This document shows, in pieces, positions 37,915-50,454 of a DNA stretch of 64,000 bases. Source of the stretch: Macrostomum hystrix (taxonomy: Eukaryota > Animalia > Platyhelminthes); contig CATNEN010000024.1 in NCBI GenBank assembly GCA_950097015.1, positions 7,006,001-7,070,000 on the forward strand, written 5' to 3'. A program made the translations under genes and the position numbers. Each line of letters starts with the position of its first letter. The stretch's first letter is position 1. The notes below the pieces were generated by a model that did not search any database, was not told the origin of the DNA, and was given only the letters and a program-made list of their open reading frames with translations.

Positions 37915-38265
37915 AATTATAATAATTCTAGAAGGCAATGTCATATTATTTGGGGACACTAGACCTGTAGCCAGCAAGGAGGCAATGGATTCTGGCCATT
38001 TTAGCTTACTTCTAAGCATACACATACACACACAGGCACATGCTCACAGAAGTATGTAAATATGTCCTATGTAAATGTTTCTCATTTTTAGGCTGTGTAC
38101 ACCCTTATTGTGCCTTGGAGGTTGGCCCTCCAGGGTGTAATTTGCACAAGCCCCCAAGCCTTTTCTCTGCACATGTTTCCTGCAAATAAATGTGGCATTG
38201 CTACAGAATCAAGCTCAGGGACCTTGGTGCAAGTGTAAACCCATTAGACTGCTCTGCTACTCACA
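37915..38265 (-). mobile_element. tRNA-derived SINE, copy 5 (old or CpG-decayed)
   Basis: Colinear with the family (gcaccaaggtccctgag, ccacatttattt, gagggccaacctccaaggcaca, ggtctagtgtc), but no CpG remains. Confidence 0.75.
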
Positions 38266-39070
38266 CCATTTTTTCTTCTTATATACCTGAGCTATTTAGA
38301 TCCCTAAGTCAGGAATGTCACATGGACCCTAGAATATTTTAGCTTACACAAGACCATAAGACGTATTTTGGCATTTGGCATTTGGCATTCAGTTTACTAT
38401 TGACATATAGATATAGCCAAGACATTTGCCATCACTTTAACATTGTCCAAGCATAAATATATAACTTAACATTGTCTGAAGCCTAAAACTAAGAAAGGAA
38501 GAAATATACATTGTAGCCATTTATTTATTGACCATAGGAGGCATGACTCCTATTCTAGCTTGTGTATATTAACAGGGTGCAAAAGATGTGGGAAACTTTA
38601 ATAGATATCCCGATTTCAAAGTTAGCTATGTCAAATTTTTATTAATTGTGATTAATACTCATACCTTAACTTTATCTACTGGGCTTAGTACTACAGTACT
38701 AGCTATCTAGTATGATATGTTTAAAATATTGATAAAACTATAGTTAACAAATTAGAATATATTGTAGGGTTGGTTAACTCTAAAACAACCACTACTAATA
38801 ATTATTAATTAGCTACTTGGCTAAAATCAACTTCCTTATTAAACGATTGTGTTTCTGTTGGCCATAGACAGTTAGTTTTTATGTAGACTTGATTATTTCA
38901 CAATGCATGTCACTGCAGATGGATCGATGTTAGTTAAACGGCTCGAAGTGAAATCTAGTCGTTATTCTTATTTACTAAGTTATCTTATCCTGTAATTTAA
39001 TTTTGCCATGCCGCTGATAAGTGGTCGCAAGTCCGCCAATGTCAAATCCCGCAGCAACAATAGTAGAGGC

Positions 39071-41142
39071 ATGGGCAACTCGCACACTTCGATAGAGCCA
39101 AATCTGCGGCACGCCCAAGCTACTGGCGTGCTGCAACTGGTTGGAAAAAAACTGGAGGAATGGCCAGCAGCGGTGCACAAGCTAAATAGCAGTCTGCGAA
39201 CACTGGATTTGTCTAACAACCGCATAGCTTCTGTGCCACCCAGCATTGAGGCAATGACGCAACTCAAGCAGCTCACACTCGCTTCCAACCGACTGACGGG
39301 TGAGTAATACTGATACCAGAATCTCACTAATCTCACCCACTGATACCAGAATCTCACTAATCTCACCCACTGATACCAGAATCTCACTAATCTCACCCAC
39401 TGATACCAGAATCTCACTAATCTCACCCACTGATACCAGAATCTCACTAATCGCACCCACTGATACCAGAATCTCACTAATCTCACCCACTGATACCAGA
39501 ATCTCATTAATCTCACCCACTGATACCAGAATCTCACTAATCTCACCCACTGATACCAGAATCTCACTAATCGCACCCACTGATACCAGAATCTCACTAA
39601 TCTCACCCACTGATACCAGAATCTCATTAATCTCACCCACTGATACCAGAATCTCATTAATCTCACCCACTGATACCAGAATCTCATTAATCTCACCCAC
39701 TGATACCAGAATCTCATTAATCTCACCCACTGATACCAGAATCTCATTAATCTCACCCACTGATACCAGAATCTCACTAATCTCACCCACTGATACCAGA
39801 ATCTCACTAATCTCACCCACTGATACCAGAATCTCACTAATCTCACACACTGATACCAGAATCTCACTAATCTCACCCACTGATATCAGAATCTCACTAA
39901 TCGCACACACTGATACCAGAATCTCACTAATCTCACCCACTGATACCAGAATCTCACTAATCTCACCCACTGATACCAGAATCTCACTAATCTCACCCAC
40001 CGATACCAGAATTTCACTAATCTCACCCACTGATACCAGAATCTCACTAATCTCACCCACTGATACCAGAATCTCACTAATCTCACCCACTGATATCAGA
40101 ATCTCACTAATCTCACCCACTGATATCAGAATCTCACTAATCTCACCCACTGATACCAGAATCTCACTAATCTCACCCACTGATATCAGAATCTCACTAA
40201 TCGCACACACTGATACCAGAATCTCACTAATCTCACCCACTGATACCAGAATCTCACTAATCTCACCCACTGATATCAGAATCTTACTAATCTCACACAC
40301 TGATACCAGAATCTCACTAATCTCACCCACTGATACCAGAATCTCACTAATCGCACCCACTGATACCAGAATCTCACTAATCTCACCCACTGATACCAGA
40401 ATCTCACTAATCTCACCCACTGATACCAGAATCTCATTAATCTCACCCACTGATACCAGAATCTCATTAATCTCACCCACTGATACCAGAATCTCACTAA
40501 TCTCATCCACTGATACCAGAATCTCACTAATCTCACCCACTGATACCAGAATCTCACTAATCTCACCCACTGATACCAGAATCTCACTAATCTCACCCAC
40601 TGATACCAGAATCTCACTAATCTCACACACTCGTTGGCTCGGCAGGCCTACCTGACCAGCTGAGCAGTCTGAGCAGGCTAACCGTCCTGTCGCTCGAGCA
40701 GAACTTTCTGCAGTCATTGCCATCCGGCCTTGGCCAGTTGAAATCATTGAAGACCCTGCAGCTGGCTCACAACAGATTCAAAGAATTCCCTAGGCCAGCA
40801 CTGGAGCTGCCAGCTCTTGAACTGCTGGACCTGTCTGCCAACAGCATCACCCACCTACCTCCTGACATGTCCGTCCTGAAGGCTGTTGAACTCAATCTCA
40901 ACCAGAACCAATTGAAACAGCTCACAGACAGTTTGGCTGACTGTCCCAGGCTGAAGATTCTTCGGCTGCAGGAGAACTGCCTGCCGTTGGACCAGTTCAC
41001 GCCGGCATTATTGCGCAACTCGCAGCTCACCCTGCTAGCCGTTGAAGGCAATCTGTTCCTCATGAAACAGTTCGACCAGCTGGATGGCAGCGATGCCTAT
41101 CAGGAGCGCGTGACAGCCGTGCGTAGGAAGGCCGAACATTAG
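39071..41142 (+). CDS. LRRC57: Leucine-rich repeat-containing protein 57, 2 exons
   Basis: Exons 39071-39299 and 40646-41142 (phase 1). MGNS N-terminus, HAQATGVLQL, LRTLDLSNNRI, LKAVELNLNQNQ, CPRLKILRLQENCL and LAVEGNLF...YQERVTA closely follow the recalled human LRRC57 sequence. Confidence 0.9.
39310..40630. repeat. 30-bp minisatellite (tgataccagaatctcactaatctcacccac) filling the single LRRC57 intron
   Basis: About 44 copies. It starts ~10 nt after the GT donor and ends ~15 nt before the AG acceptor. Confidence 0.97.
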
Positions 41143-41203
41143 TGCTCTTGAACTCTTGGACTGCGATTTGGATTGCGTCATAATTGGTTGAGAGCTGAGG
41201 AAC

Positions 41204-41209
41204 AATAAA
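41204..41209 (+). terminator. Polyadenylation signal AATAAA of LRRC57
   Basis: About 60 nt after the stop codon. Confidence 0.5.
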
Positions 41210-41599
41210 AACTGTTTAATTGGACATTTGGTTCCGAAGACCATCACGATTGGCAAATTGGTTTCAATTATTTTATCAGTCTGTCTGTACAGCAAGTATT
41301 ACATTTTTGTATTGCTCGTGTTTGTTTTTTATTCCGAAAGTAAGACAACTCCTAGACTACTAGAAGTAGTTGAACAAAACTGTGTGTGTACTTACCTCTG
41401 CTAATTTTTATGCATATGTCAATAAGGCTATTAATAATTATTTATTGGGTAAATAACTACAAAAACTTAACCCCTTAAGTTCAAAGAACTACAAAATCTC
41501 ACATTAAGTAGTTTAGAATAATTCAAAATCTCACCCTGAAAAGTTGAACCCACAACAAAATCTCAGAAGGTTAAAACAAAGTTTAAAAGTTTATCCCTC

Positions 41600-44500
41600 T
41601 GAAGGTTAAAACACCACAAAATCTCACCACTGAAGGTTAAAACACCACAAAATCTCACCCTCTGAAGGTTCAAACTACAAAAAAATCTCACCCTCTGAAG
41701 GTTCAAACTACAACAAAATCTCACCCTCTGAAGAATCAAACTACAACAAAATCTCACCCTCTGAAGATTCAAACTACAGCAAAATCTCACCCTCTGAAGA
41801 TTCAAACTACAACAAAATCTCACCCTCTGAAGATTCAAACTACAACAAAATCTCACCCTCTGAAGATTCAAACTACAACAAAATCTCACCCTCTGAAGGT
41901 TCAAACTACAACAAAATCTCACCCTCTGAAGATTCAAACTACAACAAAATCTCACCCTCTGAAGATTCAAACTACAACAAAATCTCACCCTCTGAAGGTT
42001 CAAACTACAACAAAATCTCACTCTCTGAAGATTCAAACTACAACAAAATCTCACTCTCTGAAGATTCAAACTACAACAAAATCTCACCCTCTGAAGATTC
42101 AAACTACAACAAAATCTCACCCTCTGAAGGTTCAAACTACAACAAAATCTCACCCTCTGAAGGTTCAAACTACAACAAAATCTCACCCTCTGAAGGTTCA
42201 AACTACAACAAAATCTCACCCTCTGAAGGTTCAAACTACAAAAAGTCTCACCCTCTGAAGATTCAAACTACAGCAAAATCTCACCCTCTGAAGATTCAAA
42301 CTACAACAAAATCTCACTCTCTGAAGATTCAAACTACAACAAAATCTCACTCTCTGAAGATTCAAACTACAACAAAATCTCACTCTCTGAAGATTCAAAC
42401 TACAACAAAATCTCACTCTCTGAAGGTTCAAACTACAACAAAATCTCACCCTCTGAAGGTTCAAACTACAGCAAAATCTCACCCTCTGAAGATTCAAACT
42501 ACAACAAAATCTCACTCTCTGAAGATTCAAACTACAACAAAATCTCACTCTCTGAAGATTCAAACTACAACAAAATCTCACCCTCTGAAGGTTCAAACTA
42601 CAACAAAATCTCACTCTCTGAAGATTCAAACTACAACAAAATCTCACCCTCTGAAGGTTCAAACTACAACAAAATCTCACCCTCTGAAGGTTCAAACTAC
42701 AACAAAATCTCACCCTCTGAAGGTTCAAACTACAACAAAATCTCATCCTCTGAAGGTTCAAACTACAACAAAATCTCACCCTCTGAAGGTTCAAACTACA
42801 ACAAAATCTCACCCTCTGAAGGTTCAAACTACAAAAAGTCTCACCCTCTGAAGATTCAAACTACAGCAAAATCTCACCCTCTGAAGATTCAAACTACAAC
42901 AAAATCTCACTCTCTGAAGATTCAAACTACAACAAAATCTCACTCTCTGAAGATTCAAACTACAACAAAATCTCACTCTCTGAAGATTCAAACTACAACA
43001 AAATCTCACTCTCTGAAGGTTCAAACTACAACAAAATCTCACCCTCTGAAGGTTCAAACTACAGCAAAATCTCACCCTCTGAAGATTCAAACTACAACAA
43101 AATCTCACTCTCTGAAGATTCAAACTACAACAAAATCTCACTCTCTGAAGATTCAAACTACAACAAAATCTCACCCTCTGAAGGTTCAAACTACAACAAA
43201 ATCTCACTCTCTGAAGATTCAAACTACAACAAAATCTCACCCTCTGAAGGTTCAAACTACAACAAAATCTCACCCTCTGAAGGTTCAAACTACAACAAAA
43301 TCTCACCCTCTGAAGGTTCAAACTACAACAAAATCTCACCCTCTGAAGGTTCAAACTACAAAAAATCTCACCCTCTGAAGGTTCAAACTACAACAAAATC
43401 TCACCCTCTGAAGATTCAAACTACAACAAAATCTCACCCTCTGAAGGTTCAAACTACAACAAAATCTCACTCTCTGAAGATTCAAACTACAACAAAATCT
43501 CACCCTCTGAAGGTTCAAACTACAACAAAATCTCACCCTCTGAAGGTTCAAACTACAACAAAATCTCACCCTCTGAAGGTTCAAACTACAACAAAATCTC
43601 ACCCTCTGAAGGTTCAAACTACAACAAAATCTCACTCTCTGAAGATTCAAACTACAACAAAATCTCACCCTCTGAAGGTTCAAACTACAACAAAATCTCA
43701 CTCTCTGAAGATTCAAACTACAACAAAATCTCACCCTCTGAAGGTTCAAACTACAACAAAATCTCACTCTCTGAAGATTCAAACTACAACAAAATCTCAC
43801 CCTCTGAAGATTCAAACTACAACAAAATCTCACCCTCTGAAGATTCAAACTACAACAAAATCTCACTCTCTGAAGATTCAAACTACAACAAAATCTCACC
43901 CTCTGAAGGTTCAAACTACAACAAAATCTCACTCTCTGAAGATTCAAACTACAACAAAATCTCACCCTCTGAAGGTTCAAACTACAACAAAATCTCACCC
44001 TCTGAAGATTCAAACTACAACAAAATCTCACCCTCTGAAGATTCAAACTACAACAAAATCTCACCCTCTGAAGATTCAAACTACAACAAAATCTCACCCT
44101 CTGAAGATTCAAACTACAACAAAATCTCACCCTCTGAAGACTCAAACTACAACAAAATCTCACCCTCTGAAGATTCAAACTACAACAAAATCTCACTCTC
44201 TGAAGATTCAAACTACAACAAAAGCTCACCCTCTGAAGACTCAAACTACAACAAAATCTCACCCTCTGAAGATTCAAACTACAACAAAATCTCACTCTCT
44301 GAAGATTCAAACTACAACAAAAGCTCACCCTCTGAAGACTCAAACTACAACAAAATCTCACCCTCTGAAGATTCAAACTACAACAAAATCTCACTCTCTG
44401 AAGATTCAAACTACAACAAAAGCTCACCCTCTGAAGACTCAAACTACAACAAAATCTCACCCTCTGAAGATTCAAACTACAACAAAATCTCACTCTCTGA

Positions 44501-46100
44501 AGATTCAAACTACAACAAAAGCTCACCCTCTGAAGACTTCAAACTACAACAAAATCTCACCCTCTGAAGATTCAAACTACAACAAAATCTCACTCTCTGA
44601 AGATTCAAACTACAACAAAAGCTCACCCTCTGAAGACTCAAACTACAACAAAATCTCACCCTCTGAAGACTCAAACTACAACAAAATCTCACCCTCTGAA
44701 GATTCAAACTACAACAAAATCTCACCCTCTGAAGGTTCAAACTACAACAAAATCTCACTCTCTGAAGATTCAAACTACAACAAAAGCTCACCCTCTGAAG
44801 ACTCAAACTACAACAAAATCTCACCCTCTGAAGGTTCAAACTACAACAAAATCTCACCCTCTGAAGATTCAAACTACAACAAAAGCTCACCCTCTGAAGG
44901 TTCAAACTACAACAAAATCTCACCCTCTGAAGGTTCAAACTACAACAAAATCTCACCCTCTGAAGATTCAAACTACAACAAAATCTCACCCTCTGAAGAC
45001 TCAAACTACAACAAAATCTCACCCTCTGAAGATTCAAACTACAACAAAATCTCACTCTCTGAAGATTCAAACTACAACAAAAGCTCACCCTCTGAAGACT
45101 CAAACTACAACAAAATCTCACCCTCTGAAGATTCAAACTACAACAAAATCTCACTCTCTGAAGATTCAAACTACAACAAAAGCTCACCCTCTGAAGACTC
45201 AAACTACAACAAAATCTCACCCTCTGAAGATTCAAACTACAACAAAATCTCACTCTCTGAAGATTCAAACTACAACAAAAGCTCACCCTCTGAAGACTCA
45301 AACTACAACAAAATCTCACCCTCTGAAGATTCAAACTACAACAAAATCTCACTCTCTGAAGATTCAAACTACAACAAAAGCTCACCCTCTGAAGACTCAA
45401 ACTACAACAAAATCTCACCCTCTGAAGATTCAAACTACAACAAAATCTCACTCTCTGAAGATTCAAACTACAACAAAAGCTCACCCTCTGAAGACTCAAA
45501 CTACAACAAAATCTCACCCTCTGAAGATTCAAACTACAACAAAATCTCACTCTCTGAAGATTCAAACTACAACAAAAGCTCACCCTCTGAAGACTCAAAC
45601 TACAACAAAATCTCACCCTCTGAAGACTCAAACTACAACAAAATCTCACCCTCTGAAGATTCAAACTACAACAAAATCTCACCCTCTGAAGGTTCAAACT
45701 ACAACAAAATCTCACTCTCTGAAGATTCAAACTACAACAAAAGCTCACCCTCTGAAGACTCAAACTACAACAAAATCTCACCCTCTGAAGGTTCAAACTA
45801 CAACAAAATCTCACTCTCTGAAGATTCAAACTACAACAAAAGCTCACCCTCTGAAGACTCAAACTACAACAAAATCTCACCCTCTGAAGATTCAAACTAC
45901 AACAAAAGCTCACCCTCTGAAGGTTCAAACTACAACAAAATCTCACCCTCTGAAGGTTCAAACTACAACAAAATCTCACCCTCTGAAGGTTCAAACTACA
46001 AAAAGTCTCACCCTCTGAAGGTTCAAACTACAACAAAATCTCACCCTCTGAAGATTCAAACTACAACAAAAGCTCACCCTCAAACCTTCAAACTTACTTC
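41600..46100. repeat. 4.5-kb 33-bp minisatellite (caaactacaacaaaatctcaccctctgaag[g/a]tt) between LRRC57 and CTSB
   Basis: About 135 units with 1-bp indel units near 42231, 42824, 43351, 44510 and 45990, and a 3-unit (99-bp) cycle in 44100-45600. Confidence 0.97.
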
Positions 46101-46711
46101 AAACCACTACAAAAGCTCACCATTTGAAGATTAAAATACTGCAGAATCTGATCGTCTAAAGTTCAAACGACTTCAAAATGTGACAGTGTGAAATTATCAA
46201 TGCTAAATAATCTAGATCTAACCAGTGAAATTGTCAATTCTGCTTAATTATATGTTATGCTTTAAAATTCTCTTTAGCTATCATTTATACAGAAATGCAT
46301 TATTCCGCAATATCGCTAGGTGATAGTGCTGTTATTGAAAACCATAAAGCATGCCTTGTCCCATTTCTTCTACAGTTGTTAAAGTAAAAGTCGTTTGACC
46401 GCCCGCTTGTTCGTAATTGGACAATATCTAAATTAAGATCTGATAACTTTGCCATCAGCTTGTTAATGTAGTTCTGATTTCTGTGATTTTTTGTTGTAAA
46501 AATTTCTCCGGGTGTTTTATTATACTTTTACCCTTTTGCTGTTGTCAAAAAATTTATCTGTCAAAGGTTTTCTGATTTAGTAAAACATAAAACGAATGAT
46601 TGTGTAATGATATTTGCAAGACAAAAACCCTGAGTGCCGCCTCTTGCAAGAACAAAGTTGGATAACTACTTGCTGCTTAAAATTTTGTTTCATTCTCTTA
46701 TGATGCTTTGG

Positions 46712-47240
46712 ACACCTGAAGGACATGGGGATAATTGGATCCCCTGAAGGACATGGGGATAATTAAATCCCCTGAAGTACATGGGGATAATTAAATCCCC
46801 TGAAGGACATGGGGATAATTGGATCCCCTGAAGGCCATGGGGATAATTGGATTCCCTGAAGGACATGGGGATAATTGGATCCCCTGAAGTACATGGGGAT
46901 AATTAAATCCCCTGAAGGACATGGGGATAATTAAATCCCCTGAAGTACATGGGGATAATTAAATCCCCTGAAGGACATGGGGATAATTGGATCCCCTGAA
47001 GGACATGGGGATAATTAATTCCCCTGAAGGACATGGGGATAATTAATTCCCCTGAAGGACATGGGGATAATTAGATCCCCTGAAGGACATGGGGATAATT
47101 AATTCCCCTGAAGGACATGGGGATAATTAAATCCCCTGAAAAACATGGGGATAATTGGATCCCCTGGAGGACATGGATAATTAAATCCCCTATAGGACAT
47201 GGGGATAATTAAATCCCTGAAGGACTTGGGGATAATTAGA
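46712..47240. repeat. 28-bp minisatellite (ggacatggggataatt[aa/gg]atcccctgaa)
   Basis: Period 28. Each unit holds the inverted repeat GGGGAT-N6-ATCCCC. Confidence 0.95.
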
Positions 47241-47559
47241 TGCTCTGACAAATAGAGTTTAGAGGCCAACTGAAGGTTAGAGGACTCGAGGAGTAACTTA
47301 AAAAACAATTTTTGTGGAGTCACTGAAAAGTCATATTATTTGAAGTGTCTAAGCATTGGGTAATTAGGATTCTGTATATTTCTCAACATCCAGTGTTATT
47401 AGTTACTCATTTTGAATATAAAATTTGTTGACTCTGTTAGAAATTCATATCAATGTGGTTGATTCGTGGAGACTGTTAAATAGTAACAAAATCATTTAAT
47501 TAGACAACTAGTTGGACTCCGGTGTGCTCAGTTGGAAATCTAGAATTTCCATTGCAGTA

Positions 47560-49487
47560 TTAAGCCTTGGGTATGCCCGCCACAATGCTGCTCTCGATGC
47601 CGCACTCGTCCTTGCCGCGGAGGATCTTGAAGAAGCCGCCGAGGCCCCAGTCGGGGTTCCAGGAGTTGGCCACCAGCCAGTAGGGCGTGCCATTCTCAAC
47701 GCCCCAGCCCAGGATCTTGACAGCGTGGCCGCCCAGCTCACCGCCAGTGGTGTGCTGGTACACGCCGGACTTGTAGGTCGGGAAGTCGGCGTACACAGTG
47801 AACGCAGCCTCGACCGGGCCGTTGGTCATGATCTCCTTGGCGATGTCGTCCTGCTTGGAGGACACTGTGTAGACTGAGGCGCCTGTTAATCGGGACGCGA
47901 GATAGCCGGGTGGACTTGCTTATCCTTCGCTCGGTTTTTGTCAAATCTTAACAGCAGGACTACCAAGCTATTTTACCGCCCGCTTTTATAATCCCCCTGA
48001 ATTTTTTCTGGCAGCGCCTGAATGCTAACAGCGCCGGGTGGTGACTGATTGGTTGGCAGACTAGGCTTTGGTGTACAGTGGTTGAGCTGCGCCTAATATT
48101 TAGTCTTGATCGGTGAAATTGGAGAAATTCGCGTCAGGGTGTCCAGAGTGGCTTAGTTCCACCTGTTGTAGCCCTTGTAGGTCCAGTAGCTCCGTCTAGA
48201 TAAAGGTAGGTGACCACCGAAGACGGAGATGATGCAGGCACATTCGCGTGACATGCTGATAAATTTTGAAGGCCTGGCAAGGCCGCATGAGGCGCAGTGC
48301 TAATTCGTGTATAGGGGTGGATGAAATACACTAGCGCTTATAGGAAAAATCAGACCTTCGGCTAGAACCATTGAATATCTCGACCGTCTGAAGAGCTGGC
48401 GACTTGATTCTTGTTCCAGAAGATGCGCAACAAAAAGTTGACCCGTGTTCTTGAGTTTCGTGTGCTTGCGTTGCTCCGTTCGGATGCAGCAAAAAACAGT
48501 TTAAGGGGATTTTCCCATTGGTAGTTCTACTGTAAAACGAAAAGCGTGACAAAGTGCTCACCAAAGTGCTTGTCGCTGCTGTATGTCATATTGTAGCCGG
48601 AGATGCACTCCTTCTTGCACTTAGGCGTCTGGGAGTCTCCGCTGCACGGCTGGTACTTGCCGGTGGTGTGGTGGTCGCAGTGCGGCAGGCTGTACGGCTG
48701 GCAGCCCTGCTGGGTGCCGTACTGGCCGCCAGTGACGATGCCGGTCTTCTTCCAGTACTGCCAGGCCGACTCCGGGAAGCCGCCGTTGCAGCCCATGCCG
48801 CAGGAGAAGCCGCAGCAGCTCAGCAGGTCCTCGGCGCTGAGGTGCACTTGCACCTGCGGTGGTGGCAGATTTCGGGGTGATTCTTGAATTCACAACCAAT
48901 TAAATATCTGAATGAGTGACTTATCCAATCAGACGCTTCCACGTCACTTTTCAGGCTAATTTGGCAAATCCCAGTCTGACGATCAGCCAATCAAAATCTT
49001 GCACGTCATTAGAAGCCAATCAAAGGCTTTCATGTTATCAGTCACTTGGTATTAACTTGGTGTTAACCTTGCCACCGCTGTGGATGCAGTGCCGGTCGGA
49101 CATGGCCTCAACAGCGCCGAAGGCCCAACAGGAGCCGCAGTTGCTCTGGTCGCGCACCTCCTGAATTGTCGGACAGTTTGGCCACTGGGTGCGGGAGTCG
49201 AACTCGGTCGGCAGATCGCCAATGTCCGAGCTCGGATAGCTCAGCACGGGCATTTCCGGCTTGTTTGGATTCGGAATGACGCCGAGAACTTTGCGAATAT
49301 CGGACACAGTCTGAAACCTGTCAGTCTTGCCTGCTAGCCAGGTGGTGCCGGCATTGTTGACAAAGTCGATGAGCTCCTGGCTGAGCGGCTCGTGCATTGG
49401 CTGTACGATGTTCCTCTGGTCAGTGGCGTCCCTAGGATAAGCGCTGGTCGCAATGGCCAGAAGAAGCAAAAGGAACAGTCGCAGCAT
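47560..49487 (-). CDS. CTSB: Cathepsin B preproenzyme, 3 exons
   Basis: Exons 49487-49068, 48853-48562, 47882-47560. Signal peptide, propeptide, catalytic [16 protein letters not shown], occluding loop [15 protein letters not shown] and WLVANSW. Confidence 0.95.
48925..49030 (+). promoter_or_regulatory. Tandem ERSE-like elements (CCAAT-N9-CCACG) in CTSB intron 1
   Basis: Perfect CCAAT(48925)-cagacgctt-CCACG(48939), a near-perfect CCAAT(48987)-N9-GCACG(49001), and a third CCAAT at ~49016. Confidence 0.4.
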
Positions 49488-50454
49488 TGTTTTCTGGTGC
49501 GTTGTCTCTGGTTGTTAGTTCGACGAAAAAAATCTTCACCGATTGCCTGCTGTAGCGAGGCGAAACTTTTATTCGCCAGCTCTGCCTTATCATTTATCAA
49601 GCTAGCTATCTGGAACTCTCACTGTATTCTTGCTGTAGCGTCAGCATTGCTGTTTTTATCTTGTGTCTTTGGCAAGTACCAATCGACCAGGCCGTGCTGC
49701 AGCGTGAGCACGAGTCGCACCAAGCTAACTGATTAGAGTCTGATAGCTCAGAACTGACTCACAGCTAAATTTGACCCTTTCATGAAATTTTCTACTTAAT
49801 AAGTTGGCTTTCAAGACCTGTGGATGTACAGCTGTTTTGTCTATGGAATGGTGGCCGCCATAGGCCGTTGTTGTATACGCCAACGGCCAGCGATGTTGTA
49901 TATTGAAAATCAATTCGCAAAACAGTGTTTCTAGTTTCTTAGCAAGCTAATTTCGTAGATAAACTATGAAACAGAATTTTCTTTCCGAGGTATTGAAACT
50001 CTGTTAATACACATTTCAGTAGTATGAACAGTATCACAATTAGCAAAAAAAGGTTTCATATCTTCGTGAACTAAGGCAGCTTGAAATAGTGTTTATCAAG
50101 TGAGACTGCAAGCTAAGCGGGCACCACAGCATTCATTTGGATTCTAAGCTCTTTAGTGTCGCACAACTAGGTCATTCTTGTTCAGCTCTTTCTTTTCGTT
50201 CGAGACCCAAATTTGCGCCAACACATACAGGCACACACTGTGTTATGTACAAAGTTAATTCTATAATGATTCTGTGCAGTTACGACTAGACAGTTTTGGC
50301 GCTTATAATTCCTTGCACAATGAGTCAGTAATTAGGCCATACGGCAATCTGATGTATCAGGTCGGGGCTCCATCCTCGATAAAGATCTTTGTTAAAAAAT
50401 TGATTCCAGCCAGTTCAATATTTTAATTAGCAACTATTATTACCTGCTGCATTT

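Noticed and set aside
39182-40747. Long periodic ORFs inside LRRC57 (ISEILVSVGE, PTDTRISLIS, RLVRFWYQWV)
   Set aside because: They lie within the GT-AG intron needed to join the two LRRC57 halves.
41563-45994. LNLQRVRFCCS repeat ORFs
   Set aside because: Translation of the 33-bp satellite, interrupted by 1-bp indels.
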